Of a stretch of 64,000 nucleotides of DNA, positions 46,136-59,358 are shown piece by piece (position 1 is the stretch's first letter; every line of letters begins with the position of its first letter). The stretch covers positions 6,432,001 to 6,496,000 of the forward strand of contig OY970303.1 of NCBI GenBank assembly GCA_963716255.1, read 5' to 3'. This stretch comes from an uncultured Gemmatimonadales bacterium. Its GTDB lineage: Bacteria > Gemmatimonadota > Gemmatimonadetes > Longimicrobiales > Longimicrobiaceae. The position numbers were made by a program, and so were the translations under genes. The notes under the pieces are model-generated. The model saw only the letters and a list, made by a program, of their open reading frames with translations, searched no databases and had not been told where the DNA came from.

Positions 46136-47185
46136 ATGGTTTCTCTTCTTCGCCGCGGCAAGACGACCGTCGGCCTGGACATCGGCAGCGGCTTCATCAA
46201 GGTGGCGGTCGTCGACCACTCGGGGAGCGTGCCGGAGCTGGTGCACGTTTCCCACACCCCGCTGATCACCGACGCGATCGTCGAGGGCGAGATCATGGAC
46301 CCGCAGCTGGTCGCGGAGACCGTGCGCTCCATCTTCGAGACCGCCGGGATCAAGAGCAAGAACGTGGTCGTGTCGGTGGGCGGGCGCGACGTGATGGTCA
46401 AGAAGATCCAGATGGACCGCATGAAGGAGACGGACGCCCGCGAGGTGATCCGCTGGGAGGCCGAGCAGTACGTCCCGTTCGACATGGAGAACGTGCAGCT
46501 CGACTTCCAGATCCTGGACCCGCTGGACGACGGCCTGCAGATGAGCGTGCTGCTGGTGGCCGCCAAGCGCGAGCTGGTGGACCAGAAGGTGGCGCTGCTG
46601 CGCGACGCGGGGATCGCCCCCACCGTGGTGGACGTGGACGCCTTCGCGCTCCACAACGCCTTCGAGTACAACTACCCGGAGTCGCGCGACGGCACGCTGG
46701 CCCTGGTCAACGTGGGCCACGAGATCTCCACCGTGAACGTGCTCCAGAACGGCACCCCGGTGCTCACCCGGGACATCCCCTTCGGCTCGCGGCGCCTGCG
46801 CGAGGACCTGCGCCGGCTGCACGGCCTGACCGCCGAGGACGCCGAGGCGGTGCTCCAGGGCCACTCCCCGCGCGCCGGCGAGTTCCGGCAGCTCCTCACC
46901 GAGGGGTGCGAGGAGCTGGCCACCGGGATCGAGCGCGCCGCCGCCTTCCTGTCCATCGGTGACTCGGGCGCCCAGGGGCTGGGCCGCATCTACCTGTGCG
47001 GCGGCGGCGCCCGCATCCCCGGCCTCGCCGACGTGATCGGCACGCAGCTCCGCGCCCGCACCGAGATCGCGAACCCGCTCCAGCGCCTCAAGGTGAAGCC
47101 GGGAGTCACCACGCTCTTCCCCGTCGACGAGCTCGCGCCCATGCTGATGCTCCCCGTCGGCCTGGCGCTCCGCACCGCCGCCTGA
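46136..47185 (+). CDS. pilM: type IV pilus assembly protein PilM
   Basis: VGLDIGSG.IK, EAEQYVPF, LCGGGARIPGL, VGLALR. Confidence 0.93.
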   Translation: MVSLLRRGKTTVGLDIGSGFIKVAVVDHSGSVPELVHVSHTPLITDAIVEGEIMDPQLVAETVRSIFETAGIKSKNVVVSVGGRDVMVKKIQMDRMKETDAREVIRWEAEQYVPFDMENVQLDFQILDPLDDGLQMSVLLVAAKRELVDQKVALLRDAGIAPTVVDVDAFALHNAFEYNYPESRDGTLALVNVGHEISTVNVLQNGTPVLTRDIPFGSRRLREDLRRLHGLTAEDAEAVLQGHSPRAGEFRQLLTEGCEELATGIERAAAFLSIGDSGAQGLGRIYLCGGGARIPGLADVIGTQLRARTEIANPLQRLKVKPGVTTLFPVDELAPMLMLPVGLALRTAA

Positions 47186-47202
47186 TTCCAGCGAGCCATC
47201 CC

Positions 47203-47925
47203 TTGATCGAGATCAACCTCCTCCCCGCCGGGGAGAAGAAGCGGCGCCCCTCGGGGCGCCCGAGCGGAGCCCGCCGCGGCCCCGCGCTCCCCAAGTTCGC
47301 GGGCGACCCCTACATGCTGGGGCTCGGCACCCTCGCCGTCGTGGTGTTCCTGGGGCTGGGCTTCGCCTACTGGCGCGTGAACACCGCCCAGGCCGCGGTG
47401 GAGACGCGCATCGAGAGCGAGACGCGGGACTCCACGCGCTTCGCCTCCACCATCGAGCTGGTGGACGCGATGGAGTCGCGCCAGGACACCATCGAGAGCA
47501 AGATCGAGGTGATCCGCGGCGTGGACGAGCGGCGCTACGTGTGGCCGCACATCCTGGACGAGATCAGCCGCGCGACCCCGCCCTACACCTGGCTGACCAA
47601 GCTGGCCGCGGTGGAGGCCGAGGAGGCCCCCGCGCCGGCGGAGCCCAAGACCGCCGCCGACTCGGCGGCGGCGAAGGCCGCGGCGGCCCGGCCGAAGCCC
47701 TCGGGCCCGGCCTTCAACCTGGAGGGGAACACCGGCTCCACCCAGGCGCTGACCCGCTTCATGAAGAGCCTGGAGGCCTCGCCCTTCATCCGCGACGTCA
47801 CCCTGGTGACCAGCGAGCAGACCAGCACCAACGGCCGCACGTACCAGAAGTTCACCCTGGAGGCCCGGTACGAGACCCCGGACTCCTCGTTCGTCGAGAC
47901 CGTCCCCGTCATCTCCATCCGGTAG
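47203..47925 (+). CDS. pilN: type IV pilus assembly protein PilN
   Basis: TTG start with IEINLLP motif, one TM helix, WLT. Confidence 0.88.
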   Translation: MIEINLLPAGEKKRRPSGRPSGARRGPALPKFAGDPYMLGLGTLAVVVFLGLGFAYWRVNTAQAAVETRIESETRDSTRFASTIELVDAMESRQDTIESKIEVIRGVDERRYVWPHILDEISRATPPYTWLTKLAAVEAEEAPAPAEPKTAADSAAAKAAAARPKPSGPAFNLEGNTGSTQALTRFMKSLEASPFIRDVTLVTSEQTSTNGRTYQKFTLEARYETPDSSFVETVPVISIR

Positions 47926-47929
47926 AGAC

Positions 47930-48532
47930 ATGGCGCTTCCCCCCATCGATCCGCAGCAGCGCCCCAAGCTGCTCCTCGGGACCGCGCTGGTCCTGGGTCT
48001 GGCCTACCTGTTCTACAACAGCCTCTACACGCCGCGGCAGGTGACGCTGGCGGAGATGGAGAGCCGCCTGGCCAACCTGGAGACGCAGAACCGCGCCGCC
48101 CGCGCAGTGGCCTCCACCGCCGGCACCGCCGAGGTGGAGCGCAGGCTGTCGCTGTACCGCGACCAGCTCCACTCCGTGGAGGCGCTGATCCCCTCCACGG
48201 AGGAGCTCCCCGACCTGCTGGACGCGATCTCCGCCGAGGCGCAGCGCACCGGCGTGGAGGTCACGCTGATCCAGCCCGTCGGCGCCACGGAGGAGCCCTT
48301 CTACACGCGGCGCGTCTACGACGTGGCCGTGCTGGGCTCGTACCACGCGGTCGGCGACTTCCTCACCCGGGTCGCCTCGCTGCCGCGCATCGTGACCCCG
48401 CTGGACCTGAACCTCGCCGCGAGGCAGGGCGAATCGCCCGACCAGGCGGGCCGCCTGGAAGCCCGCTTCTCCATCGAGACGTACGTCATCTCCCCCACCG
48501 AGAATGCAGCCGATGTGGAGCAATCCGAATAG
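47930..48532 (+). CDS. pilO: type IV pilus assembly protein PilO
   Basis: IP...ELPDLL..I, GSYH.VG.FL..VASLPRIV. Confidence 0.9.
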   Translation: MALPPIDPQQRPKLLLGTALVLGLAYLFYNSLYTPRQVTLAEMESRLANLETQNRAARAVASTAGTAEVERRLSLYRDQLHSVEALIPSTEELPDLLDAISAEAQRTGVEVTLIQPVGATEEPFYTRRVYDVAVLGSYHAVGDFLTRVASLPRIVTPLDLNLAARQGESPDQAGRLEARFSIETYVISPTENAADVEQSE

Positions 48533-49031
48533 GCTCCTGCGCCTCGCAGTGGCGGCCGCCGGGCTGGGCACGCTCGCCTGGTCGGCCTCCGCGCAGGCCA
48601 AGGACGACGACCCGCCGCTGGTGTACCGCCGCGAGGTCTTCCAGTACCCGCGGGGCGCCCGCCCCGACCCCTTCCGCTCGCTGCTCTCCTCCGAGGAGCT
48701 GGGCTACCGCTTCGAGGACATGCGTCTGACCGGGGTGATCTACAGCCCCAACTCGCGCGTCTCCGTGGCGGTGCTCACCGAGACCGTCAGCAAGAAGCGC
48801 TTCCGCCTCAAGGTGGGCGAGCGCGTGGGCGGGATCATGGTGGCGGCCATCTACCCCAAGCGGGTGGACGTGGTGGTGAACGAGTTCGGGGTCGTCCGGC
48901 GCGAGACCCTGGAGCTGCGGCGCCCGGACCCCGTCCAGGACGCCGGCCCGGGCCAGTTCGCCCCGCCGCCCCCCGCCGCTCCGCAGACGCAGGCTCCCCA
49001 GACCCCCGCCCAGAGAGGTACCGGACGATGA
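48504..49031 (+). CDS. pilP: PilP-like protein
   Basis: RPDPF..L, LTGVIYS, LKVGERVG; lies between pilO and pilQ; start uncertain. Confidence 0.7.
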   Translation: MQPMWSNPNRLLRLAVAAAGLGTLAWSASAQAKDDDPPLVYRREVFQYPRGARPDPFRSLLSSEELGYRFEDMRLTGVIYSPNSRVSVAVLTETVSKKRFRLKVGERVGGIMVAAIYPKRVDVVVNEFGVVRRETLELRRPDPVQDAGPGQFAPPPPAAPQTQAPQTPAQRGTGR

Positions 49032-50809
49032 AGCGCTTGCTGGCACTCCTGGCCCTCTTCCCCCTGCTCGTCGCGGCCTCGCCGCCGGCGCGCCCGGGAT
49101 CGGGCGACGTGACGACGCTGCGCCTGGAGCCCGCCGAGGGCCGGGCGGAGCTGACCATCGAGGTGGCGGGCGGCGACGTCCGCTGGACCGACTTCCCGCT
49201 CTCCGGGCCGCCCCGCGTGGTCGTGGACATCTCCGGGGCCCGCAGCGCGCTCCCCACCGAGCGGTACCAGGGGATCGACCGCGGCGGTGTGACGGGGCTG
49301 CGCACCAGCCAGTACGAGGCCGACGTGGTCCGCGTGGTGGTGGACCTGGCGCGCGCCGCCGACTACACCATCTCGCGCGTCCCCGAGGGGCTGCGCATCT
49401 CCTTCGCTTCCGGCGCCGGGGGATTCGAGCCCTGGAGCAGCGGCGCGGGCTCGCCGGCCGCGCGCCGCGCGGAGCCCCGCCGCGAGCCGGCGCCGCGTCC
49501 CGCGCAGCAGCCGCAGCAGCGGCAGGCCCGCCGCATGACGGTGAGCTTCTACGAGGCCGACATCCGCGACGTGCTGGCGAGCATCGCCGAGTTCGCGGGC
49601 CGCTCCATCGTGGCGGGCACCGGGGTGGAGGGGATCCGCGTCACCGCGGAGATCAACAACCAGCCGTGGGACGTGGCGCTGGAAACGATCCTGCGCGCCA
49701 ACGGGCTCGCCTACGAGGAGCTTCCCAGCGGGATCATCCGCGTGGACAAGATCGAGGCGCTGGCGCAGCGCCGCGAGCAGGAGCCCATGGTCACCCGCAC
49801 CTTCCGGGTGAACTACGTGCCGGTGGCGGAGCTCGCGACCACCCTGGCCGGCCTCAAGACGACGCGCGGCTCCATCGCCGCCAACGCCAGCACCAACACC
49901 CTGATCGTCACCGACGTGGCGTCCGCGGTGAACAACGTGGAGGCGCTGATCCCGCAGCTGGACATCCGCACTCCGCAGGTGGCCATCCAGACCAAGATCA
50001 TCTTCGTCAACCGCTCCGACGTGGAGGAGCTGGGGGTCACCTACGACCTCAAGGACTCGCGCGGCAACTCGCTCAACCGGCTGGTGGGCGTGCCGGAGAC
50101 CGACATCAAGACCGGCGAGCTGACGGGCGAGCTGACCCGCGACAACCTGGTGCTCCTGGGCGGCAACTCCATCGCCGCGCTGGGCAACGCCACCACCCGC
50201 GTGGTGGGGCCGTCGCTGGAAACGGTGATGTCGCTGGTGCTGGGGCGCTACACGCTGATCTCCTTCCTGGACGCGCTGCAGACGGCGCAGCTCTCGGACG
50301 TGCAGGCCGCCCCGCTGATCACCACCCTGGACAACCAGGAGGCGGAGATCTGGGTGGGCGAGCGCACCCCCATCCGCGTGGTGGACGCGGGGAGCGGGGC
50401 CGGCGGGGCGGCGGGCGGGGCCGGCGGCGCCGCCGGCGCGGGGCTCCCACGCGCCACGGCGGAGCTGGTGGAGACGGGGATCCGCCTGCGGGTGACCCCC
50501 ACCATCACCGCGGACCGCCGCGTCCTGATGCAGCTGCACGCGGAGCGCTCCGCGGCCGTGGCCGCGGCGGGCGACATCGGCATCAGCTTCCAGACGCAGC
50601 AGGGCGACACCCGGCTGATGGTCCGCGACGGCGAGACCGCCGTCATCGGGGGGCTGACGGTGACCGAGGTCACCAACACCCGCTCCGGGATCCCCTTCCT
50701 GATGGACATTCCCTACGTGGGCGCCCTGTTCCGCACCTCGCGCAAGCAGGAGCAGAAGCGCGACCTGCTGATCATGGTCACCCCGCACATCGTGGAGGAG
50801 CCCGCGTGA
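49028..50809 (+). CDS. pilQ: type IV pilus secretin with AMIN domain
   Basis: AMIN domain (PPRVVVDI), PWDVALE.I, DGETAVIGGL, GIPFLMDIP.VG.LFR, VTPHI. Confidence 0.93.
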   Translation: MKRLLALLALFPLLVAASPPARPGSGDVTTLRLEPAEGRAELTIEVAGGDVRWTDFPLSGPPRVVVDISGARSALPTERYQGIDRGGVTGLRTSQYEADVVRVVVDLARAADYTISRVPEGLRISFASGAGGFEPWSSGAGSPAARRAEPRREPAPRPAQQPQQRQARRMTVSFYEADIRDVLASIAEFAGRSIVAGTGVEGIRVTAEINNQPWDVALETILRANGLAYEELPSGIIRVDKIEALAQRREQEPMVTRTFRVNYVPVAELATTLAGLKTTRGSIAANASTNTLIVTDVASAVNNVEALIPQLDIRTPQVAIQTKIIFVNRSDVEELGVTYDLKDSRGNSLNRLVGVPETDIKTGELTGELTRDNLVLLGGNSIAALGNATTRVVGPSLETVMSLVLGRYTLISFLDALQTAQLSDVQAAPLITTLDNQEAEIWVGERTPIRVVDAGSGAGGAAGGAGGAAGAGLPRATAELVETGIRLRVTPTITADRRVLMQLHAERSAAVAAAGDIGISFQTQQGDTRLMVRDGETAVIGGLTVTEVTNTRSGIPFLMDIPYVGALFRTSRKQEQKRDLLIMVTPHIVEEPA

Positions 50810-53370
50810 GCTCCCTCTTCCGCTCCCACCCGACCCGCCGCGCGCCACGGGGCGCCGGCGGGGCGACGGCCCTCGCCCTCGCCCTCCTGCTCGCCTCCTG
50901 CGACGGCAGCAACCTCTTCACCGCGCCCGTGGGGACCGGGCAGACCGGCGCCGACAACGCCGCCCCGACGGTGGAGTTCGAGTATCCCAGCCCCGACACC
51001 GTCGTCACCATCGCCCCGCTGGATTCGGTCCTCACCCGCTTCCGGGTGCGGGACAACCGCGGGGTGACGGAGGTGAAGCTTTCCGGCTTCGCGCTCCGCG
51101 GCGACGCGGCGCTGGGCACCCAGACCGCGGTGGAGCGCTTCGCCGCCAAGAGCATCCGCCTGGACTCCATCGGGCGGATCAGCAAGGACACGACGTTTAC
51201 GCGCTTCCTCCTGGCGACCTCCGACTCGCTCCCCGAGAGCCGGGTGTTCGTGGTCGCGACGGCGAAGGACAGCGCCGGCAACGTGGGCGCCGACACCGTG
51301 CAGGTCGCCATCGGCGGCCCGCGGGTGCAGGTGGTGTCGCCCGTGGCGGACTCGGCGTTCCGCGCCGGGACCGCCCTCCCCATCCGCATTTCCGCCGAGG
51401 ACCGGGCCGACCTGATCGGCTCCATCCGCGTCCGCACCACCGGCGCCTTCCAGCGCGACACCACCCTGACGCTGCGGACGCCGGAGCGGCTGGTGGACAC
51501 GACCATCGTCCTGACCATCCCCGCCGGCGCGCAGGGCAACCTGGACGTGGTCGCCACGGCGACCTCGGGGCGGCGGATCGTGGGCGAGGCGCGCCCGGTG
51601 CGGGTGCGCATCACCGCCGCCGGCGCGGACAACGTCCTGCCGCGGGTCTCCTTCACCTCGGTGGTCCCCGCCCGGCTGGAGGTCAGCGACTCGATCACCG
51701 TGACCGTGACCGGGACGGACGAGACGCGGCTGGACTCGCTGGGCGCCACGGTGGTGGCGATCCGCCGCACCGGGGTCCGCGACGACACGCTGGGCGTGCT
51801 CACGCAGAAGGTGGCGGTGGCTCCCCCCACCAACACGCGCACGCTGCGCCTGTCGCTGGACCCGCTGGGTCTCAACGGGCTGGACACCATGACGGTGGCG
51901 TTCGAGGTGGTGGCGTTCGCCAAGGACGGGGCGGGGAACTGCGCGGCGGCCACCACGCCGAACGTGGCGCAGTCGCTCGCCTGCCGGGCCGGTCCCCGCG
52001 GCGCGACGGTGGCGGCGCAGGGCGCGGGGGCGGTCACGGTGGCGTCGCTGGTCCGCGGGCGCACGATCCTCGCGCCCAACCCGGGCGACACCCTGGTGGA
52101 CCTGGTCTCCGACCGCCGCCGCGTCTACGCCTCCAACCGCTCGCGCAACCGCGTGGAGGTGCTCCCGGTGGGATCGCTCTCCTACTCGGGCTCGGTGCTG
52201 GTGGGGTCGCAGCCGTGGGGGCTCGCGATGAGCCCGGACAGCGCCACGCTGCTGGTGGCCAACAGCGGCGGCGCGGGGAGCATCTCGCAGGTCCCGGTGA
52301 GCGTCGCGGGCGTGGGCGTCGAGGACCGCGGACGGCGCATCGTCACCGACAACGTGGTCGTGTACGTGGTGCGCTTCAACATCGACGAGTCGGGGCGCAT
52401 CGACCTCACCATCACCGACCGCGACTACTCCGACCGGCCGCAGTTCCTGGCGCAGACGGCCTCCGGGCGCATCGTGTACTCCACGGTCCCCACCGCGTCG
52501 GCGCCCAACGGCACGGTGCAGGAGTACACCAACCAGGGAGCGGCCTCCTCCACCGACATCTTCGTGGAGTACGCCCGCGGCTTCGTCCCGGGCCAGTTCG
52601 TGGTGCGCCGCGCGGACAACGTCACCAAGATCATCCGCGGGAGCGGCGAGCAGGCGACGGACCAGCTGGTGATCTGCGACCACGCGCCGGGGCAGGCGCC
52701 CGGGAGCCTGTGCTTCCCCAGCAACGGGACGCAGAACCTGTCGTTCCAGCAGATCCAGGACGCGCTGACCGCCAGCGGCTCGGACGCGCTGATCGACTAC
52801 GCGGTGGACCCGGAGTTCATCGGGCTGAGCGACACGACCTTCCTGGCGGTCAGCAAGGACCACAAGACGGTCGCCGTGGGCGAGGGCCAGCGGGCGGTGG
52901 GCCGCGTGCTCGCCTTCGCGGAAAGCGCCTCGGGGAGCGTGGTGTCGATCGGCAACACCCGCGACCTGGTGAACAACGCCTCGGACCGGGTGATCGGGCT
53001 GGCGCTGAACCGCGACGGCTCGGTCGGGGTGGCGCGCGGGCAGGCCACCTACTTCTTCCGCCGCGACCTGCGCCAGCTGGGCAACCGGGTGGTGAGCGGG
53101 ACGCCCACGGGCGGCGTCACGCTGCACCCCGACCACCCCAACACCGCGCTGGCCTTCGTCTCCGGACAGGACGAAGCGGGGCGGCCCTTCGTGGACGTGG
53201 TCGACACCTTCCACTTCCAGGTGGTGCGCCGCATCTACATCCGCAACCCGGTCACCGGCTCCATGACGGCGGTGTCCACGGGGAGCGCGACGGGGGTGGT
53301 GGTGCGCCTGTACGCCATCACGGCGTCCGGGATCGTCGCCATCGACCTGACCGCGGCGGACATGCAGTAG
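50806..53370 (+). CDS. large lipoprotein with Ig-like domains and a YVTN-like beta-propeller
   Basis: GTG overlaps the pilQ stop; lipobox [14 protein letters not shown] Ig-like repeats; [19 protein letters not shown]. Confidence 0.8.
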   Translation: MSSLFRSHPTRRAPRGAGGATALALALLLASCDGSNLFTAPVGTGQTGADNAAPTVEFEYPSPDTVVTIAPLDSVLTRFRVRDNRGVTEVKLSGFALRGDAALGTQTAVERFAAKSIRLDSIGRISKDTTFTRFLLATSDSLPESRVFVVATAKDSAGNVGADTVQVAIGGPRVQVVSPVADSAFRAGTALPIRISAEDRADLIGSIRVRTTGAFQRDTTLTLRTPERLVDTTIVLTIPAGAQGNLDVVATATSGRRIVGEARPVRVRITAAGADNVLPRVSFTSVVPARLEVSDSITVTVTGTDETRLDSLGATVVAIRRTGVRDDTLGVLTQKVAVAPPTNTRTLRLSLDPLGLNGLDTMTVAFEVVAFAKDGAGNCAAATTPNVAQSLACRAGPRGATVAAQGAGAVTVASLVRGRTILAPNPGDTLVDLVSDRRRVYASNRSRNRVEVLPVGSLSYSGSVLVGSQPWGLAMSPDSATLLVANSGGAGSISQVPVSVAGVGVEDRGRRIVTDNVVVYVVRFNIDESGRIDLTITDRDYSDRPQFLAQTASGRIVYSTVPTASAPNGTVQEYTNQGAASSTDIFVEYARGFVPGQFVVRRADNVTKIIRGSGEQATDQLVICDHAPGQAPGSLCFPSNGTQNLSFQQIQDALTASGSDALIDYAVDPEFIGLSDTTFLAVSKDHKTVAVGEGQRAVGRVLAFAESASGSVVSIGNTRDLVNNASDRVIGLALNRDGSVGVARGQATYFFRRDLRQLGNRVVSGTPTGGVTLHPDHPNTALAFVSGQDEAGRPFVDVVDTFHFQVVRRIYIRNPVTGSMTAVSTGSATGVVVRLYAITASGIVAIDLTAADMQ

Positions 53371-53476
53371 GCCGTCCGCGGGACACGCCGGGCCGCCCTC
53401 CCACGGGGGGGAAGGCCCGGAGCCCCACCCTCCGGGGGCCTGGCGCGTGCCGGGCCCCCGGTGTTTTATTGTCGGC

Positions 53477-54665
<1,189 letters not shown>

Positions 54666-54679
<14 letters not shown>

Positions 54680-55214
54680 GCCCCGCGCCAGGGCGGTGGT
54701 GCTGATGGGCCTGATGTGCTCCGGAAAGAGCACGGTGGCCGTGGAGCTGGCCCGGCGGCTGGGATGGGAGCACGTGGACCTGGACCGGATGATCGAGGCG
54801 CGGGAGGGGCGCACGATCCCGGAGATCTTCCGGGTGTACGGAGAGGCCCGGTTCCGGGCGCTGGAGGCCGAGGCGACGGCGGAGGTGGCGGCGCGGGCGG
54901 GCGTCGTGCTGGCCCCCGGCGGCGGGTGGATCACCAACCCCGCCCTGCTGGAGCGGCTCGGGCCGGGGACGCTCGCCGTGTGGCTGCAGGTTTCCCCCGA
55001 GACCGTCCTCGCCCGCGCCGGGCCCGGGCGCCCAGGGCGCCCCCTGCTGGACGTCCCGGACCCGCTCGCCGCGGTCCGGCGCCTCCTGGCCGAGCGGGAG
55101 CCGCTCTACCGGCTCGCCGGCTTCGCCGTGTCCACCGACGCGCTGGACGCGGCTTCCGTCGCCTCCCTGATCGAGAACGAGATCCGCACGCGCGGTGCCG
55201 TCCCCCGCGGGTGA
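54666..55214 (+). CDS. aroK: shikimate kinase
   Basis: [25 protein letters not shown]. Confidence 0.92.
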
Positions 55215-55237
55215 CTCGACACGCAACAACCGAAAGC

Positions 55238-57979
55238 ATGGCATCCACGCAGAAGAAGCGCCTGGTGGTGGTGGAGTCCCCCACCAAGGCGAAGACGATC
55301 CGCAGCTTCCTCCCCGACGGGTACCTCGTCGCGGCCTCCATGGGGCACGTGCGCGACCTCCCCGAGTCGGCCGCCGAGATCCCCGCCTCCGTCAAGGGCA
55401 AGGACTGGGCGCGGCTGGGGGTGGACGTGGAGCACGACTTCGAGCCGCTGTACGTGGTCCCCGCCTCCAAGCGCAAGGTGGTGAGCGAGCTCAAGGCCAT
55501 GCTCCGCGGCGTGGACGAGCTGGTGGTCGCCACCGACGAAGACCGCGAGGGGGAGAGCATCGGCTGGCACCTGGTGCAGGTGCTGGCCCCGCGGGTTCCC
55601 ATCAGCCGCATCGTCTTCCACGAGATCACCCCCGAGGCGATCCGCGAGGCGATCCGCTCGCCGCGCCAGATCGACGAGCACCTGGTGCGGGCGCAGGAGA
55701 CGCGGCGCATCCTGGACCGGCTGGTGGGCTACACCCTGTCGCCGCTGCTCTGGAAGAAGATCGCGGGCGGCCTTTCCGCCGGGCGCGTGCAGTCGGTGGC
55801 GGTGCGGCTGCTGGTGCAGCGCGAGCGCGAGCGCCGGGCCTTCCGCTCCGCCACCTACTGGGACCTCAAGGCCCACCTCGCCAAGGAGGCCGCGGCGTTC
55901 ACGGCCACCATGGTGTCGCTGGCCGGCAAGCGCCTGGCCACCGGCAAGGACTTCGACGAGACCACCGGCCGGCTGCGCGCCGACCGCGAGGTGGTGCTCC
56001 TGGGCGAGGCCGAGGCCCGCGCCCTCCGCGAGCGCCTGCAGGGCGTGCCCTGGCGGGTGACGGACACGGAGGAGAAGCCGGCCGTGCGCCGGCCGTACCC
56101 GCCGTTCACCACCTCCACGTTGCAGCAGGAGGCAAACCGCAAGCTGCGCCTTTCCTCGCGCGACACCATGCGCATCGCGCAGCGGCTTTACGAGGAGGGG
56201 TACATCACCTACATGCGGACGGACTCCGTCCACCTGTCGGAGCAGGCGATCACCGCGGCGCGCGGACGGATCCGCGCCAGCTACGGCCCCGAGTACCTGA
56301 GCCCGCAGCCGCGGCAGTTCACCACCAAGAGCAAGGGCGCCCAGGAGGCGCACGAGGCCATCCGCCCCGCCGGCACCGAGATGCGTACGGCGGACGAGCT
56401 GCGCCTGACCGGGACCGACCGGGCGCTGTACGACCTGATCTGGAAGCGCACGGTCGCCAGCCAGATGGCGGACGCGCGCCTCACCTTTCTCACGGTGCAG
56501 ATCCAGGCCGACGACGCCGTGTTCCGCGCCTCGGGGCGCCGCATCGAGTTCCCCGGCTTCTTCCGCGCCTACGTGGAGGGCTCGGACGACCCGGAGGCGG
56601 CGCTGGAGGACCGCGAGGAGCCGCTTCCGCCGCTGTCGAAGGGCGACGCGCTGCGGCTGCGCGAGCTGGAGGCGCTGGGCCACGAGACGCAGCCCCCCGC
56701 CCGCTACACCGAGGCGACGCTGGTGAAGACGCTGGAGGCCGAGGGGATCGGCCGGCCCAGCACCTACGCCAGCATCATCGGCACCATCGTGGACCGTGGC
56801 TACTCCGAGCGCAGGGACAACCAGCTGGTCCCCACCTTCACCGCCTTCGCGGTGACGGAGCTCCTGGAGCGGCACTTCAACACGCTGGTGGACACCCGCT
56901 TCACGGCGCGCATGGAGGAGCAGCTGGACGAGATCGCCGAGGGCGACGCCGCCTGGCTCCCCTACCTGCGCGAGTTCTTCAGCGGCCCCGACGGGCTGGA
57001 GGAAAAGGTGCGGGCGGGGCAGGAGAGCATCGACCCGCGCGAAGCGTCCACGGTGCGGCTCCAGGACCTGGAGGCACGCGTGCGCATCGGCAAGTTCGGC
57101 GCGTTCATCGAGTCGGGCGACGGCGACGCCGCCGTGACCGCCACCCTCCCCGAGGGGCTGGCTCCCGCCGACCTGTCGGAGGCGCAGGTGCAGTCGCTGG
57201 TGCGCGCCAAGACCGAGGGGCCGGACAGCCTGGGGACCCACCCGGTGAGCGGCGAGCCCATCTACGTGATGAACGGGCGCTTCGGACCGTACGTGCAGCT
57301 GGGGCTGGCGACCGACGGCAACCCCAAGCCCAAGCGCGCCTCGCTCCCCAAGGGGATGAGCCCGGACCGGGCGACGCTGGAGATCGCGGTGCGCCTCCTG
57401 GCGCTTCCGCGGACGCTGGGGACGCACCCCGAGAGCGGCAAGGAGGTGCAGGCCAACGTGGGGCGCTTCGGCCCGTACGTGGTGCACGAGGGCGACTTCC
57501 GCTCCATCCCCAAGGGCGAGGACGTGTACACCATCGGCCTGGAGCGCGCGCTGGAGATCCTGGCGCAGCCCAAGGCCGGGAAGCGCACCGCCGCCGCGCC
57601 GCTGCGCGAGCTGGGGCCGCACCCGGTGGACGGGGAGCCGGTGGTGATCATGGAGGGGCGCTACGGCCCCTACGCCAAGCACGGCTCCACGAACGCATCG
57701 CTCCCCAAGGGTGTAGAGGTGGACGAAGTGCTCATGGAGCAGGTGGTGGAGCTGCTCAAGGAGCGCGCGGCGACGGCCAAGAAGCCGCCACGCGGCCGCG
57801 GCGCGCCGGCCCGCAAGGGCCCCGCGAAGTCCGCGGCGAAGAGCACGAAGGCGCCGGGCGAGGCCGCCCCGAAGAAGGCACCGGCCCGGAAGTCGACCAC
57901 CAAGAAGTCCGCCGTCGCCAAGTCGGCCGCCAAGAAGTCGGTGGCCAAGAAGTCGACGCGGCGGCCCAGGCCGTCCTGA
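55238..57979 (+). CDS. topA: DNA topoisomerase I
   Basis: [38 protein letters not shown]-terminal repeats; Lys-rich tail. Confidence 0.96.
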   Translation: MASTQKKRLVVVESPTKAKTIRSFLPDGYLVAASMGHVRDLPESAAEIPASVKGKDWARLGVDVEHDFEPLYVVPASKRKVVSELKAMLRGVDELVVATDEDREGESIGWHLVQVLAPRVPISRIVFHEITPEAIREAIRSPRQIDEHLVRAQETRRILDRLVGYTLSPLLWKKIAGGLSAGRVQSVAVRLLVQRERERRAFRSATYWDLKAHLAKEAAAFTATMVSLAGKRLATGKDFDETTGRLRADREVVLLGEAEARALRERLQGVPWRVTDTEEKPAVRRPYPPFTTSTLQQEANRKLRLSSRDTMRIAQRLYEEGYITYMRTDSVHLSEQAITAARGRIRASYGPEYLSPQPRQFTTKSKGAQEAHEAIRPAGTEMRTADELRLTGTDRALYDLIWKRTVASQMADARLTFLTVQIQADDAVFRASGRRIEFPGFFRAYVEGSDDPEAALEDREEPLPPLSKGDALRLRELEALGHETQPPARYTEATLVKTLEAEGIGRPSTYASIIGTIVDRGYSERRDNQLVPTFTAFAVTELLERHFNTLVDTRFTARMEEQLDEIAEGDAAWLPYLREFFSGPDGLEEKVRAGQESIDPREASTVRLQDLEARVRIGKFGAFIESGDGDAAVTATLPEGLAPADLSEAQVQSLVRAKTEGPDSLGTHPVSGEPIYVMNGRFGPYVQLGLATDGNPKPKRASLPKGMSPDRATLEIAVRLLALPRTLGTHPESGKEVQANVGRFGPYVVHEGDFRSIPKGEDVYTIGLERALEILAQPKAGKRTAAAPLRELGPHPVDGEPVVIMEGRYGPYAKHGSTNASLPKGVEVDEVLMEQVVELLKERAATAKKPPRGRGAPARKGPAKSAAKSTKAPGEAAPKKAPARKSTTKKSAVAKSAAKKSVAKKSTRRPRPS

Positions 57980-58005
57980 ACGAGCGGGAGCGAGGAGGAG
58001 AGCGG

Positions 58006-59358
58006 ATGGCGAAGGTCACGGTGGTGGGAGGCGGGCTCGCGGGCTCGGAGGCGGCGTACCAGCTCGCGGAGCGCGGCCACGACGTGGTGCTCCACGAGAT
58101 GCGTCCCGTCTGCGGCACCCCGGCGCACCAGACGGAGCTGCTGGGGGAGATCGTCTGCTCCAACACCTTCAAGTCGGAGGACCCGCAGAACGCGCACGGC
58201 CTGCTCAAGCTGGAGATGGACGCCCTGGGCGCCGGCGGCTCGCTGCTGCTGGCGTGCGCCCGCGAGGCGCGCATTCCCGGCGGCACCGCGCTCACCGTGG
58301 ACCGCCGCGAGTTCGCCGAGCGGATGACCGCGGCCGTCCAGGGGCACCCGCGCATCGCGGTGGTCCGCGGCGAGGTGCGCGAGCTCCCCGAGGGCCCCGC
58401 CATCGTCGCCACAGGCCCGCTCACCTCCGACGCGCTCTCGCACTCCATCCGCGGCGCCCTGGGCGACGAGGGGCTGGCCTTCTTCGACGCCATCGCCCCC
58501 GTGGTGGCCGCGGACTCCATCGACCGCGACGTCGTCTTCGCCGCGTCGCGCTGGGGCAAGGGCGAGGAGGCCCAGGGCGACTACCTCAACGCGCCCATGA
58601 CCAAGGAGCAGTACGAGGCCTTCGTGGAGGCGCTGAAGGGGGGCGAGGAGCACGCCGGGCACGACTGGGAGAATGTCCCCTACTTCGAGGGGTGCCTCCC
58701 CATCGAGGTCATGGCCCACCGCGGCGTGGAAACGCTGCGCTTCGGGCCCATGAAGCCCATCGGGCTGCCGGTGCCGCAGTGGGACGGGAAGCGCGCCTGG
58801 GCGATCGTGCAGCTGCGCCGCGAGGACCGCGCCGGGAACCTGTGGAACCTGGTGGGCTTCCAGACGCGGCTGCGCATCCCCGAGCAGAAGCGCATCTTCC
58901 GCATGATCCCGGGGCTGGAGGAGGCCGAGTTCCTGCGCTGGGGCTCCATCCACCGCAACACCTACCTCAACTTCCCCGCGCGCCTCAGCGCGCACGGCTC
59001 GCTGCGCGACCGCCCGGAGCTGGTGTTCGCCGGGCAGATCACGGGGGTCGAGGGGTACACCGAATCCACCGCCACCGGGATCCTGGCCGCCGTGAACCTG
59101 GACCGCATCGTCCGCGGCCTGGACCCCGTCGTCCCCCCGCCCACGACCATGCTGGGCGGGCTGCTGCGCTACCTGCGCGACTCCGACCCGGCCCACTTCG
59201 CGCCCATGAACTCCAACTTCGGGCTGCTGGACCCGCTGGAGGAGCCGGTGCGCGACAAGGTGCGCAAGCGGGCCCTGCTGGCCGAGCGCGCCCGGGCCCA
59301 TTTCGCCGCGTGGATGGAGGCGAGCGGCATAGAGGTGCCGGCCGGGGCCGCGCGGTGA
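58006..59358 (+). CDS. trmFO: folate/FAD-dependent tRNA (uracil-54) methyltransferase
   Basis: GGGLAGSEAA, EIVCSN, FGPMKPIGL, GQITGVEGY, PMNSNFG. Confidence 0.95.
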   Translation: MAKVTVVGGGLAGSEAAYQLAERGHDVVLHEMRPVCGTPAHQTELLGEIVCSNTFKSEDPQNAHGLLKLEMDALGAGGSLLLACAREARIPGGTALTVDRREFAERMTAAVQGHPRIAVVRGEVRELPEGPAIVATGPLTSDALSHSIRGALGDEGLAFFDAIAPVVAADSIDRDVVFAASRWGKGEEAQGDYLNAPMTKEQYEAFVEALKGGEEHAGHDWENVPYFEGCLPIEVMAHRGVETLRFGPMKPIGLPVPQWDGKRAWAIVQLRREDRAGNLWNLVGFQTRLRIPEQKRIFRMIPGLEEAEFLRWGSIHRNTYLNFPARLSAHGSLRDRPELVFAGQITGVEGYTESTATGILAAVNLDRIVRGLDPVVPPPTTMLGGLLRYLRDSDPAHFAPMNSNFGLLDPLEEPVRDKVRKRALLAERARAHFAAWMEASGIEVPAGAAR

